Shown here one piece after another: positions 47,994 to 56,577 of a stretch of DNA of 64,000 bases; position 1 is the stretch's first letter, and every line of letters begins with the position of its first letter. A program made the translations under genes and the position numbers. Below the pieces are notes generated by a model. That model did not search any database and was not told where the DNA came from. It saw only the letters and a list, made by a program, of their open reading frames with translations. The stretch comes from Holophagales bacterium (GTDB lineage Bacteria > Acidobacteriota > Thermoanaerobaculia > Multivoradales > UBA5704). The stretch is from assembly GCA_031390755.1 (NCBI GenBank), contig JANMTS010000060.1:700-64699 (forward strand), read 5' to 3'.

Positions 47994-49565
47994 TCACAGC
48001 TTCACCACTTCGATCCGCCGACCCCGGTGCTCGATTTCCCTGCGCGAGCAGCGCTCAGGCAAGGGCGGAGCCTGCGACCGGCCATCGAAGAGCACGAGCG
48101 CTCCCTGATCGAGTCCAAGCCGATCGAGGTAGGCGCTCAATTGTTCCAGGCCTTCCGACAGAGGATCGGGCCTGCCATCCCTCCAGACCTTGAGCTCCAG
48201 AGCCCAACGCTCAGCTCCCCCTGAATGCGGCCAGCGCACGCACAGATCGATGCGTCCGCTCCCCACCGCATATTCGCGGTCGATGAACCCCCCACCGTTG
48301 ACCACCCGCTGCAGGTAGGCCATGAAGACGAGTTGGGCAGCGGCTTCCGCGTAGGGCTGACGCTCCAGAAAGAACTCGGCGTGCTGGCACCAGAACGTGC
48401 GGAACTCGTCGAGCAGCACATCCCGCAGGAGCCTGCCGTCCGCGCCGACAAAAGCGACCTGCGGCAGCGGAAGCGAGCGCTGCACCACCGCCGTCAGTGC
48501 CCGGGGGATGATCTCCCGGTAGATCGGATTGGCGATCTCCAGACCGGCGGAACGCGCGACCAGGCCGAGATCCTCGACAAACTGCACGTCGTCGTCGAGC
48601 ACATCCGGCGACAGAAGCTCGCCGGCCAGGATGGGCTCGATGATGCGCCGGACCCGCGGCTCCCGCAGGCGATCCACCAGGGAATCGAGGTGGGTGTCGC
48701 GCCGCGCGATCAGCAGCTCCTTGGCCTTTTCCACATGCGCCGCCTCGATCGGCAGCGTCAGGTCGGTCACCAGGGTCTCGACCGCCTGGCGGGCCAGGGC
48801 GTTGACCAGCCAGGGTTGCCCGCGGGTGAGATCCCAGGCCAGGGCCTTCGCTTCCTCGGTGAAGGCCTGCCCCGTCTCCGCGGTGTGCTGGTCGTAGAGC
48901 TCTTGAATCTCCCCCGCGGTGAAGTTCCGCAGAGTCAGAGACTCGACCTTGATGTTGAACGGGGAAGACGTTCCCAGGCTGTCCGTATCCGGGCGCAGGC
49001 TGGCACGGTAGTCCCGGACGTCCCGCAGGCCGATCAGCGCGACCGACTGGGGAAAGCGCCGGGGACGGTGCGTGTAGCCGGCCCGGAGCTGCCGCAGCAC
49101 TGACAGGAGCGTCTCGTCGTACAAAGCGTCGATTTCGTCCAGGAAGAGAACCACGGGACGCGAGGAGCGCTCGCTCCAGGCGGCGAGGTAGGCGTCCAAC
49201 AAGCTCTCCGCCTCGATTCCCGCGAGCTCCCCCACGGGCACGGGCCGCATCTCGGCCGGCAGCACCTGCGCCGCGCGCTCGATGTCGCGAAGCACGGCCC
49301 TCACTCCCCGGTCGATGTCACCACCGGCAGGCTGCCCCTTTTCGCAGGTGGCGTGGAGCGCCACATACCGGCCCTCGGCCGTCAGATGGTGCGCGAGCGC
49401 CTCGCAGCACGTGGTCTTGCCCGTCTGGCGCGGAGCGTGGAGCACGAAGTAGAAATGCCGGTCGATCAGATCCCGGACGCCAGGGAGTCGACGCTCGGGC
49501 GGCAGCATGTAGTGCCGGGATGGATCGCAGGGACCAGCGGTGTTGAAGAAGCGCATCGGCGTCAT
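47994..49565 (-). CDS. AAA-ATPase-like + PD-(D/E)xK nuclease-like domain protein
   Basis: Start MTPMRFFNTAGPC (alternative M at 49556). 'HAPRQTGKTT' P-loop, 'VLFLDEIDAL'. C-terminal 'GSGRIDLCVRW...RWALELKVW' nuclease-like motif. Confidence 0.75.
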   Translation of the reverse strand: MTPMRFFNTAGPCDPSRHYMLPPERRLPGVRDLIDRHFYFVLHAPRQTGKTTCCEALAHHLTAEGRYVALHATCEKGQPAGGDIDRGVRAVLRDIERAAQVLPAEMRPVPVGELAGIEAESLLDAYLAAWSERSSRPVVLFLDEIDALYDETLLSVLRQLRAGYTHRPRRFPQSVALIGLRDVRDYRASLRPDTDSLGTSSPFNIKVESLTLRNFTAGEIQELYDQHTAETGQAFTEEAKALAWDLTRGQPWLVNALARQAVETLVTDLTLPIEAAHVEKAKELLIARRDTHLDSLVDRLREPRVRRIIEPILAGELLSPDVLDDDVQFVEDLGLVARSAGLEIANPIYREIIPRALTAVVQRSLPLPQVAFVGADGRLLRDVLLDEFRTFWCQHAEFFLERQPYAEAAAQLVFMAYLQRVVNGGGFIDREYAVGSGRIDLCVRWPHSGGAERWALELKVWRDGRPDPLSEGLEQLSAYLDRLGLDQGALVLFDGRSQAPPLPERCSRREIEHRGRRIEVVKL

Positions 49566-49620
49566 TGTATCCGTGTGCGCCTCAGCCCAGGCCCGCAACG
49601 CCGCAATCCACACCCGGCAG

Positions 49621-49888
49621 TACGTTGAAGCGCCCCTCTCGCACATTGAGCACTACTTGCTCTACGTTGAAGTCTTCCCGGTATCTTCAACATAGAAGTC
49701 TCTGTGAATTGAGGATAGGAGGACGGCGGTTCCGCCCTACCTGGGCGCTATTGAAGCGCCCAAACCGGATATTGAGTATACGTCGCTGTACATTGAGGAT
49801 GGAGAGAGCGCTTCAACATACAGGACGCTGTACATTGAGGATGCGTAGCTGTACATTGAAGCGCCAAAGGGCGCTTCAATGTACAGCT
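49621..49888. repeat. AT-rich spacer with at least 11 copies of a (T)AYRTTGARG motif and a perfect 19-bp inverted repeat
   Basis: Motif copies near 49621, 49642, 49663, 49683(inv), 49704, 49747, 49768, 49786, 49808(inv), 49827 and 49847. The palindrome is agctgtacattgaagcgcc-aaag-ggcgcttcaatgtacagct at 49847-49888. Confidence 0.75.
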
Positions 49889-49964
49889 CGGTGGCGGTGA
49901 TCCAGGAGATGTAGGGAATGACCTCCCAGCGCCGGGGTGTCATTCACCGCGCTTGCGCGGCGGT

Positions 49965-50933
49965 TCAAGCGATCGCGGAGCCGGCTGCCCGGAGCCAGGT
50001 GATGACCTGCGCGTCCACGCCGACGCCCTCGGCGAGCCCGCAGCTCACACCGGCCGGGAAGCCGACGTGGCCGCCGCGGACCCAGGCGACCCGCAGGAGC
50101 GGCGAGGCGCCGGCCAGGGCCGGGCGGACCGACCGCGAGGGGACCATCGGGTCTCCTTCCGAGTTGAGCAGGAGCGCGGGAATGCGGAGGTTCGGGAGCA
50201 CCGGGCCGGCGCTCGCCCGGGCGTAGTAGTCGGGCGCGTCCCGGAAGCCGTAGCGGGGCGCCACGACCCGCTCGTCCCAGTCGCGGATGCGGCGCAGCTC
50301 GGCGAGGCGCTCCACCGGGAACGGCACCGGCCGGCCCACGGCGGCGGCCCGCGCGGCCACGGCGCGGTAGAGATCCGCCAGGCTTCTCAGGAGATACCAG
50401 CGGTAGAGGCCGACGCCGGGGCTGTCGATCTCCGCCTCCGACAGGGCGAGGTCGATCGGTGAGCAGACCGCGGCCACGGCCTTCACCCGGGGATCGAGAG
50501 GCTCGGCGCCGAGGCGCAGCGTCACGTTGCCCCCGAGCGAGTAGCCAACCACGTAGATCGTGCGGAAGCGGGCCAGGTCCGGGCTCGCGAGCGCGGCGTG
50601 GAGATCCTCGGTCTGGCCGGCGTGGTAGTAGTCCTCGCCCAGGCGGTCCGCGCCGCGCAGGCTCATCCGCAGGCAGGAGAGACCGGCCGCGTCCGCGGCG
50701 TCCGCGCCGCGCACCATGTAGTGGCTGCTGACGGAGCCGCCCAGGCCGTGGACCAGGAGCAGCAGCTCGTCTCCGGGATGCTCGCGCATACGGCCGGTGA
50801 GGCGGACCGGGCCGACGGCGGGGTCGTCCACCATCGTCTCCCACGAACGCGATTCCGGGGCGAGCCGGGGCCGGAAGGCGTGGGCCAGCCGGGGGCTCAG
50901 CGTCCAGAGATGCGGAAGGATGTCGGGCCGCAC
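49965..50933 (-). CDS. alpha/beta hydrolase (YheT-like)
   Basis: 'LLLLVHGLGGS', nucleophile elbow 'GYSLGGN', and a C-terminal 'GGHVGF'. Confidence 0.8.
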   Translation of the reverse strand: MRPDILPHLWTLSPRLAHAFRPRLAPESRSWETMVDDPAVGPVRLTGRMREHPGDELLLLVHGLGGSVSSHYMVRGADAADAAGLSCLRMSLRGADRLGEDYYHAGQTEDLHAALASPDLARFRTIYVVGYSLGGNVTLRLGAEPLDPRVKAVAAVCSPIDLALSEAEIDSPGVGLYRWYLLRSLADLYRAVAARAAAVGRPVPFPVERLAELRRIRDWDERVVAPRYGFRDAPDYYARASAGPVLPNLRIPALLLNSEGDPMVPSRSVRPALAGASPLLRVAWVRGGHVGFPAGVSCGLAEGVGVDAQVITWLRAAGSAIA

Positions 50934-50940
50934 GGTGGGG

Positions 50941-51408
50941 TCAGGGCAACCGGGTCGACTGCCAGGCGACCATCTGCCACCCGGTCTCGTTCTTGAGCCA
51001 GACCGAGGTGAAGCGCAGAGCCAGCGCGTTTTCCTTGCCGCCTTGCGCGAGGAGCTTCACGTCGGCGCGGCCGGTGACCACCGCGGCCCGGTCTCCCAGC
51101 GCCCGGACCTGCATGCCGGACGGCACCACCGACACGTAGTCCAGGCGGCCGGAGGAGATCGTCTCGAGGAAGTGCTCGCGGCTCTCCACCTCGCCCGAGC
51201 TGTGGGTGTAGGTCAGGTCCGGAGCGAGCAGAAGAGCGAGCGCCTTCGCATCCCCCTGGACCATGGCCTCGATCCGCCGAGAGTCGGCGTCGCGCACCGC
51301 CGACTCGACCGTCTCCGCGGGCTCCGCGCCCAGGACGGTCGACGGCACCCAGAGCACGGCCGCCGCGAAAAGCAGGATCGTCGAGCCGAGCTGGAGCGCG
51401 CGCGTCAT
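50941..51408 (-). CDS. NTF2-like/DUF4440 (SnoaL-like) protein with signal peptide
   Basis: Start MTRALQLGSTILLFAAAVLW (ATG 51408-51406, ATGA overlap with the upstream stop). 'LLAPDLTYTHSSGEVESREHFLETISSGRLDY...WLKNETGWQMVAWQST'. Confidence 0.7.
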   Translation of the reverse strand: MTRALQLGSTILLFAAAVLWVPSTVLGAEPAETVESAVRDADSRRIEAMVQGDAKALALLLAPDLTYTHSSGEVESREHFLETISSGRLDYVSVVPSGMQVRALGDRAAVVTGRADVKLLAQGGKENALALRFTSVWLKNETGWQMVAWQSTRLP

Positions 51409-52094
51409 GACAGGCTCTCCCGCTGCACGGCCCAGAAGCTGGAGTACAGCCGGCGGTGATGAGCCTCGGCGTCGCGGTAGATCTGGCCGATCGAGCCCAC
51501 GTCCTTGTTCGCCACCACCATGTTCACGTTGTAGAAGAACGCGGCGTTGCCGTCGAGCGTGCGCAGGCCGTCGGCGAGCAGGATGAAGAAGCTGCGGCGG
51601 CGGTCGGCCGGGCCGATGTTGGTGATCGGCGCCATCTCTTCGAGCGGCGGCCGGGTGACGGTGCCCGGGCAGAGGAAGACCACCGGCGGATACTCCTGCA
51701 GAAAGAAGTCGCGGCAGGCCTCGACCGTCGCCAGGTGGACGGGCGAGAAGCCCAGGGCCTCGGCGGCCTGGCGCGCCGCGGGGCTGTCGGTGCCGACGAT
51801 CAGCGCCTTGGCCGCGAGGTCGTCCTCCAGGATCGCCTCGGACTCGTCGGGCGGCGGCACCGCGGCCTGCGGGCCGAGCGGCGTGGCCGGCGCCGCCTGG
51901 GGCGGGGCGGCCGGCGGGACCGGCGAGGCGGGGACGGGGCTCGGAGCCGGAGCGGTGGCCGGCGTCGCGGTCCGCCGGTCCACGGTCAGGGTGGACTTGC
52001 AGGCCGGACAGGGAAACGTGACCTCCCGCATGGGGAGCTTCGTCTCGTCCACCAGGATCGGCCGGTGACAGGTGTTGCAGTGAATCCGGATCAT
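51405..52094 (-). CDS. zinc-ribbon protein with Pro-rich linker and alpha/beta C-terminal domain
   Basis: 'MIRIHCNTCHRPILVDETKLPMREVTFPCPACKSTLTV' is a CxxC...CxxC ribbon. ATG 52094-52092 shares one nt with the pilT stop. Confidence 0.6.
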   Translation of the reverse strand: MIRIHCNTCHRPILVDETKLPMREVTFPCPACKSTLTVDRRTATPATAPAPSPVPASPVPPAAPPQAAPATPLGPQAAVPPPDESEAILEDDLAAKALIVGTDSPAARQAAEALGFSPVHLATVEACRDFFLQEYPPVVFLCPGTVTRPPLEEMAPITNIGPADRRRSFFILLADGLRTLDGNAAFFYNVNMVVANKDVGSIGQIYRDAEAHHRRLYSSFWAVQRESLS

Positions 52095-53287
52095 CAATCC
52101 TCCAACAACGAGAGCAGGGATTCGCCGTCGCCGCCGGACGCTCCGCTCGGGGGAGAGTCCGCGGTCCCGTCCCCGAGCCGGAGCGCCAGGTTCGTGGGGT
52201 TGGTGGCATAGGCCATGGCCGTGTCCTTGGTGATCAGCTTCCGTTCCCAGAGCTTCTCGAGCTCGTCGTCGAACGTCTGCATGCCGTCGATGCCGCCGTC
52301 GTGCATGGCGTCGAGGAGCGAGCGGCCGTCGGCCTCTCCCTTGAAGATGTAGTCGCGCGTGCGGTTCGTCGACTTGAGGATCTCCAGCACGGCGATGCGG
52401 CCGGCGCCGGCCCGCGGCACCAGGCGCTGCGAGATCACGTAGCGGAACGACTGCGCGAAGCGGGTGCGGACCTGGGCCTCCTGGTCCTTGGGGAAGACGC
52501 CGATGATGCGGTCGATGGTCTTCGCCGCGTCGATCGTGTGCAGGGTCGAGAGCACGAGGTGGCCGGTCTCGGCCGCCTCCATGGCGGTCTCCATGGTCTC
52601 CAGGTCGCGCATCTCGCCGATCAGGATCACCTTGGGCGCCTGGCGCAGGGCGGCGCGCAGGGCGAGGGCGAAGGACTTGGTGTCCGAGCCGACCTCGCGC
52701 TGGTTCACGGTCGACTTGACGTGCCGGTGCATGTACTCGACCGGGTCCTCGATCGTGATGATGTGGTACGCCTGCTCCTGGTTGATCTGGTTGATGATCG
52801 CCGCGAGCGTCGTGGACTTGCCCGAGCCGGTGGGGCCGGTGACCAGGACGATGCCGTTCTTGAGCTTGCCGACGTTGAGCAGCTCGGCCGGCATGCCGAG
52901 CTTCTCCAGCGTCGGGATGCCTTCGGGGATGACCCGGAGCACGATGGCGTAGGTGCCGCGCTGGGAGAAGACGTTGACCCGGAAGCGGGTCTTGCCCGGG
53001 ATCGAATAGGAGAGGTCGACCGAGCCGTTCTGCAGCAGCGTCCGGGTGAGATCGCGGTCGCCGCGCAGCATCTGGAGCGAGATGATCTCGGTCTGGAAGG
53101 GGGTCAGCCGGGGGAAGCCGGTGAAATTGACGCCGACGAGCTGCCCGTCGATCTCGACCTGGGGCGGCCGGCCGACCGAGAAGTTGAGGTCGGACACCCG
53201 GTCCGAAACCTTGAGCATGGCTTCGAGGATCGCGTCCAGATTGAAGTTCTTCATTCGAGCCTCTCGGGCCTCCTCGTCATCCGCCAC
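52094..53287 (-). CDS. pilT: type IV pilus retraction ATPase PilT
   Basis: 'GIVLVTGPTGSGKSTTLAA', 'HIITIEDPVEY', 'VILIGEMRDLET', 'GHLVLSTLHT'. The start could be MKNFNL (53254). Confidence 0.9.
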   Translation of the reverse strand: MADDEEAREARMKNFNLDAILEAMLKVSDRVSDLNFSVGRPPQVEIDGQLVGVNFTGFPRLTPFQTEIISLQMLRGDRDLTRTLLQNGSVDLSYSIPGKTRFRVNVFSQRGTYAIVLRVIPEGIPTLEKLGMPAELLNVGKLKNGIVLVTGPTGSGKSTTLAAIINQINQEQAYHIITIEDPVEYMHRHVKSTVNQREVGSDTKSFALALRAALRQAPKVILIGEMRDLETMETAMEAAETGHLVLSTLHTIDAAKTIDRIIGVFPKDQEAQVRTRFAQSFRYVISQRLVPRAGAGRIAVLEILKSTNRTRDYIFKGEADGRSLLDAMHDGGIDGMQTFDDELEKLWERKLITKDTAMAYATNPTNLALRLGDGTADSPPSGASGGDGESLLSLLED

Positions 53288-53383
53288 TTCATCAGTGGAT
53301 AGCGGCCTGTGTTGTGGCGCCTATTGTTGCTCAGTTTCGCGGTCCAGGGAAACGAGGCGCGGGGCGAGCTCCGGGCCGGCCGG

Positions 53384-55402
53384 TCAGATCACCCGCTCGT
53401 TGCCGCCGTCCACCGGCACCTGGGCGCCGGTCGTCTTCGCGAACAGCGGGCCGCACATCTCGGCCGCCAGCTCGGCCACGTCGCGGCTCGTGACCTCCAC
53501 GCCCAGGACGTTGTTCTTCCGGTAGGCGTCGACGTCCATCCCATAGGCTCCGGCGCGGGAGGCGAGGCGCTCCTCGCTCCAGATCCCGGTGTCGAAGACC
53601 GCGTTCGGATGGATCACGTTGATCCGGATGCCGTCCCTCCCCCACTCCAGCGCCGCCACCCGGGCGAGCTGGTTGAGCGCGGCTTTCGACGCGGAGTAGG
53701 CGGCCACGCCGGGGCCGGGTGCGGGTACGTTCTTCGAGCCCACCACCACCACCCGGCCGCCTTGCGGCGCCAGCGCCAGGAGCGGGTGGCACTCGCGCAG
53801 GAGCATCACGTTCGAGTCCACGTTGATCGACATCACCCGCCGCCACTCGTCGAGCGGCAGGTCGGCGATCCGCCGGCTCTCGGGGAAGATGCCGGCGTTG
53901 AGGATCAGCATGTCGACGCCGCCGAAGGCTTCCACCCCGGCGGCCACGGCGCGGCGCACGGCGTCCTCCTTCGTGACGTCGCAGACCACGCCCCGGAAGT
54001 CCGGACGGCCCGACAGCCCGGGCAGCGCCGCGATGGCGGGGTTCAGGTCGAGCCCGACCACGGCCGCGCCGCGCGCCAGGAGCGACTCCACGCAGGCCCG
54101 GCCGATGCCGGAGGCGGCGCCGGTGACGAGCGCCACCTCGCCGGTGAGGGCCGGCGGCTTGCCGCCCTTCTTGAGCTTGGCCTGCTCGAGATCCCAGTAC
54201 TCCATGTCGAACAGGTCGTTCGGCGGCAGCGCCCGGTAGCCTCCGAGCACGGCGGCGCGCTCGAGGATGTCCATGGTGTGCTCGTAGATCTCGATCGAGA
54301 TCGCGGCATCCTTCGCGGTGCGCCCCGCGGCGGCGAGACCGAGGACGGGATCGACGACCACGCGCGGCGCCGGATCCAGGATCGTTTTCTGATCTTTCGC
54401 CTTCGGCCCCTGGCGATCAGCACTTTCCCTCTGGAAGTACGCGCGGTAGGCCTCGACGAAGGCGCCGACGCCGCGGACATCCCGGCCGAGCATCGGGATC
54501 GACTTGGTGCGGATGACGTGGTCCGGCGTGGCCGGGCCCTGTTGCGAGAGCGTGGCGACATCCGCGCGGCGGGCGAAGGCGAGCGTGCGCGGCGTGGTGC
54601 GCGAGGCGAGCACCATGGGCGCTCCGGCGGCCGTGGAGATCGCGCGGCGCAGGCGCGCGGTTTCCAGCATGTCGGGCAGCATGTCAGGAGCCGGACCGGC
54701 GGCCTCGGGCCACGGCCCCAGGCTCCACGCGCCCTGCCGCTCCAGGTACTGCTCGGCGAGCCCGACGAGGTCGATCATGCGCTCGTAGGATTCGCGGGCC
54801 GTCTCCCCGAACGTGAAGATGCCGTGCTGGAGCAGCACCATGCCGAGCGTCTCCGGCCCGGCTTCGGCGGCGAAGCGCTCGGCGCAGAGGCGGGCGAGGT
54901 CGAAGCCCGGCATCACGTAGGGGATCACCACCACCGAGCCGCCGTAGATCTCGCGCACGCGGTCCTCGCCGCCCGGCGTGTTGGTGACGGTCACCACGGC
55001 GTCGGCGTGCGTGTGGTCCACGAACCGGTGCGGCAGGGCGGCGTGCAGGATGGTTTCGACCGAGGGCACCGGCGCGGACGAGCGCGTCATGTGGGTGACC
55101 AGCTCGTTGACCATCTGCGGATCGGACAGCTCGGCCAGCGAGGCCAGCCGCACCGCCGGGGCCAGGCGCACGGGCGAGAACCCGGCCTCCTCGATCGTCT
55201 CCAGATCCCAGCCGCTCCCCTTGACGTAGAGGATGTCCTCCTCGCCGCCGAACAGGTCGCGCTCGCGGATCTTGACCGAGGTGTTGCCGCCGCCGTGCAG
55301 CACCAGAGACCTGTCGCGCCCGAGCAGCCGGGAGGTGTACACCCTCAGGCGCAGATCCCCCTGGTAGCCCGCGGCCTCATCGTCGTTCCACAGGCTTTTC
55401 AT
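53384..55402 (-). CDS. bifunctional class II aldolase / short-chain dehydrogenase (rhamnulose-1-phosphate aldolase-SDR type)
   Basis: Start MKSLWNDDEAAGY (ATG 55402-55400). 'VLHGGGNTSVK'. C-terminal SDR 'ALVTGAASGIGRA...YSASKAAL'. Confidence 0.85.
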   Translation of the reverse strand: MKSLWNDDEAAGYQGDLRLRVYTSRLLGRDRSLVLHGGGNTSVKIRERDLFGGEEDILYVKGSGWDLETIEEAGFSPVRLAPAVRLASLAELSDPQMVNELVTHMTRSSAPVPSVETILHAALPHRFVDHTHADAVVTVTNTPGGEDRVREIYGGSVVVIPYVMPGFDLARLCAERFAAEAGPETLGMVLLQHGIFTFGETARESYERMIDLVGLAEQYLERQGAWSLGPWPEAAGPAPDMLPDMLETARLRRAISTAAGAPMVLASRTTPRTLAFARRADVATLSQQGPATPDHVIRTKSIPMLGRDVRGVGAFVEAYRAYFQRESADRQGPKAKDQKTILDPAPRVVVDPVLGLAAAGRTAKDAAISIEIYEHTMDILERAAVLGGYRALPPNDLFDMEYWDLEQAKLKKGGKPPALTGEVALVTGAASGIGRACVESLLARGAAVVGLDLNPAIAALPGLSGRPDFRGVVCDVTKEDAVRRAVAAGVEAFGGVDMLILNAGIFPESRRIADLPLDEWRRVMSINVDSNVMLLRECHPLLALAPQGGRVVVVGSKNVPAPGPGVAAYSASKAALNQLARVAALEWGRDGIRINVIHPNAVFDTGIWSEERLASRAGAYGMDVDAYRKNNVLGVEVTSRDVAELAAEMCGPLFAKTTGAQVPVDGGNERVI

Positions 55403-55428
55403 GGCCGGAGGCCTTTCATGGACGAAAC

Positions 55429-56379
55429 CTAGAGCTTGAGCTTCTCCAGCAGCTTCTTGATCGCCACGGCGCTCTGCATGACGTAGAAGTGGAGCGACGG
55501 CACGCCCTTGGCGAGCAGCTCCTCGCTCTGATGGAACGCCCACTCGACGCCGACGTCGAGCGCGTGCTCGGGCTTCGCCGAGAGGATGCCGTCGGCCAGC
55601 TCGTCGGGGATCTCCACGAAGAAGTTCTTCGGGATCGAATTGAGCTGCTTCTGGGAGGTCAGGATCTTCAGGCCGGGGATGACCGGCGCCGTGACGCCTT
55701 CTTCCCGGCAGACATCCAGGTAGCGGAAGTAGTGCTTGTTGTCGAAGAACATCTGGGTCACGACGTAGTCGGCGCCGGCCTCGATCTTGTCCTTGACGTG
55801 GCGCGCGTCCAGCCGGAGGTTCGGCGCTTCGAAGTGCTTCTCCGGATAGCCGCCGACGCCGACGCAGAAATCCGTCCGCTCGGCGTCCAGCAGATCCTGC
55901 TCCAGGTACTTGCCGTGGTTCATGGCCGCGATCTGCCCGACCAGGTCGCAGGCGTACAGGTTGGCGCTGCGGCCGTACTGGAGGGGCTTCTGGAAGCCGC
56001 TGTCGTCGCCCCGGACGGCCAGGACGTTGTCGATGCCGAGATACTTCAGCTCGATCAGGAAGTCCTCGGTCTCCTCGCGGGTGAAGCCGCGGCAGAGGAT
56101 GTGGGGGACGGCGTCGATCTGGTACTTGTTCTGGATCAGTGCGCAGACGCCGAGCGTGCCGGGCCGCTTGCGCTTGACCCGCCGCTGGATGCCGGACGGG
56201 GTCTCGTCGTACATCACCTCGGCCGCGTGGCTCGTGATGTCGATGAACGGGGGGCGGTGCTTGACCAGCTCGTCGATCAGGCCGAGCAGGCCTTTGATAT
56301 CCCCGCCGCGCATGGGAGGGATGATCTCGAAGCTGATGAGGGGCCGGTCGGCGCGGGCCAGATGCTCGATGACTTTCAT
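55429..56379 (-). CDS. metF: 5,10-methylenetetrahydrofolate reductase
   Basis: 'ISFEIIPPMRG...PFIDITSH...HILCRGFTREE...LAVRGD' over 316 aa. Confidence 0.9.
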   Translation of the reverse strand: MKVIEHLARADRPLISFEIIPPMRGGDIKGLLGLIDELVKHRPPFIDITSHAAEVMYDETPSGIQRRVKRKRPGTLGVCALIQNKYQIDAVPHILCRGFTREETEDFLIELKYLGIDNVLAVRGDDSGFQKPLQYGRSANLYACDLVGQIAAMNHGKYLEQDLLDAERTDFCVGVGGYPEKHFEAPNLRLDARHVKDKIEAGADYVVTQMFFDNKHYFRYLDVCREEGVTAPVIPGLKILTSQKQLNSIPKNFFVEIPDELADGILSAKPEHALDVGVEWAFHQSEELLAKGVPSLHFYVMQSAVAIKKLLEKLKL

Positions 56380-56447
56380 GATTCGTCTTTAAGAAGCGGG
56401 ATGCAGCCTATCCGCCCGCCGAAGCACGGTCAAGGTTTGATGAGGGA

Positions 56448-56561
56448 GCTCCCTCCCCTCGCCACGCGAGGGGAGGGTTGGGGAGGGGAGAATGGGATCA
56501 ATCGGCTCCCTCCCCTCGCCGCGCGAGGGGAGGGTCGGGGAGGGGAGAATGGGATCAAACG
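56448..56561. repeat. 2 x 57-bp tandem hairpin repeat in a divergent intergenic region
   Basis: Units at 56448-56504 and 56505-56561. Each unit contains ccctcccctcgc-N3-gcgaggggaggg (12-bp stem) followed by ggggaggggagaatgggatcaa. Confidence 0.8.
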
Positions 56562-56577
56562 GGATAGAGTCCGCCGC

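Noticed and set aside
49565-49900. Track ORF 49565..49900 (111 aa, with repeating STLK/CTLRM/CTLKR).
   Set aside because: The apparent protein repeats are just the translated DNA motif array in an AT-rich spacer. There is no SD or codon bias, so I treat it as non-coding repeats.
56448-56561. CRISPR array (also considered for 30396-30458 and 49621-49888).
   Set aside because: There are only two directly abutting 57-bp units with no spacers. The other regions are a 9-bp coding microsatellite and a short-motif array. No cas genes are present.
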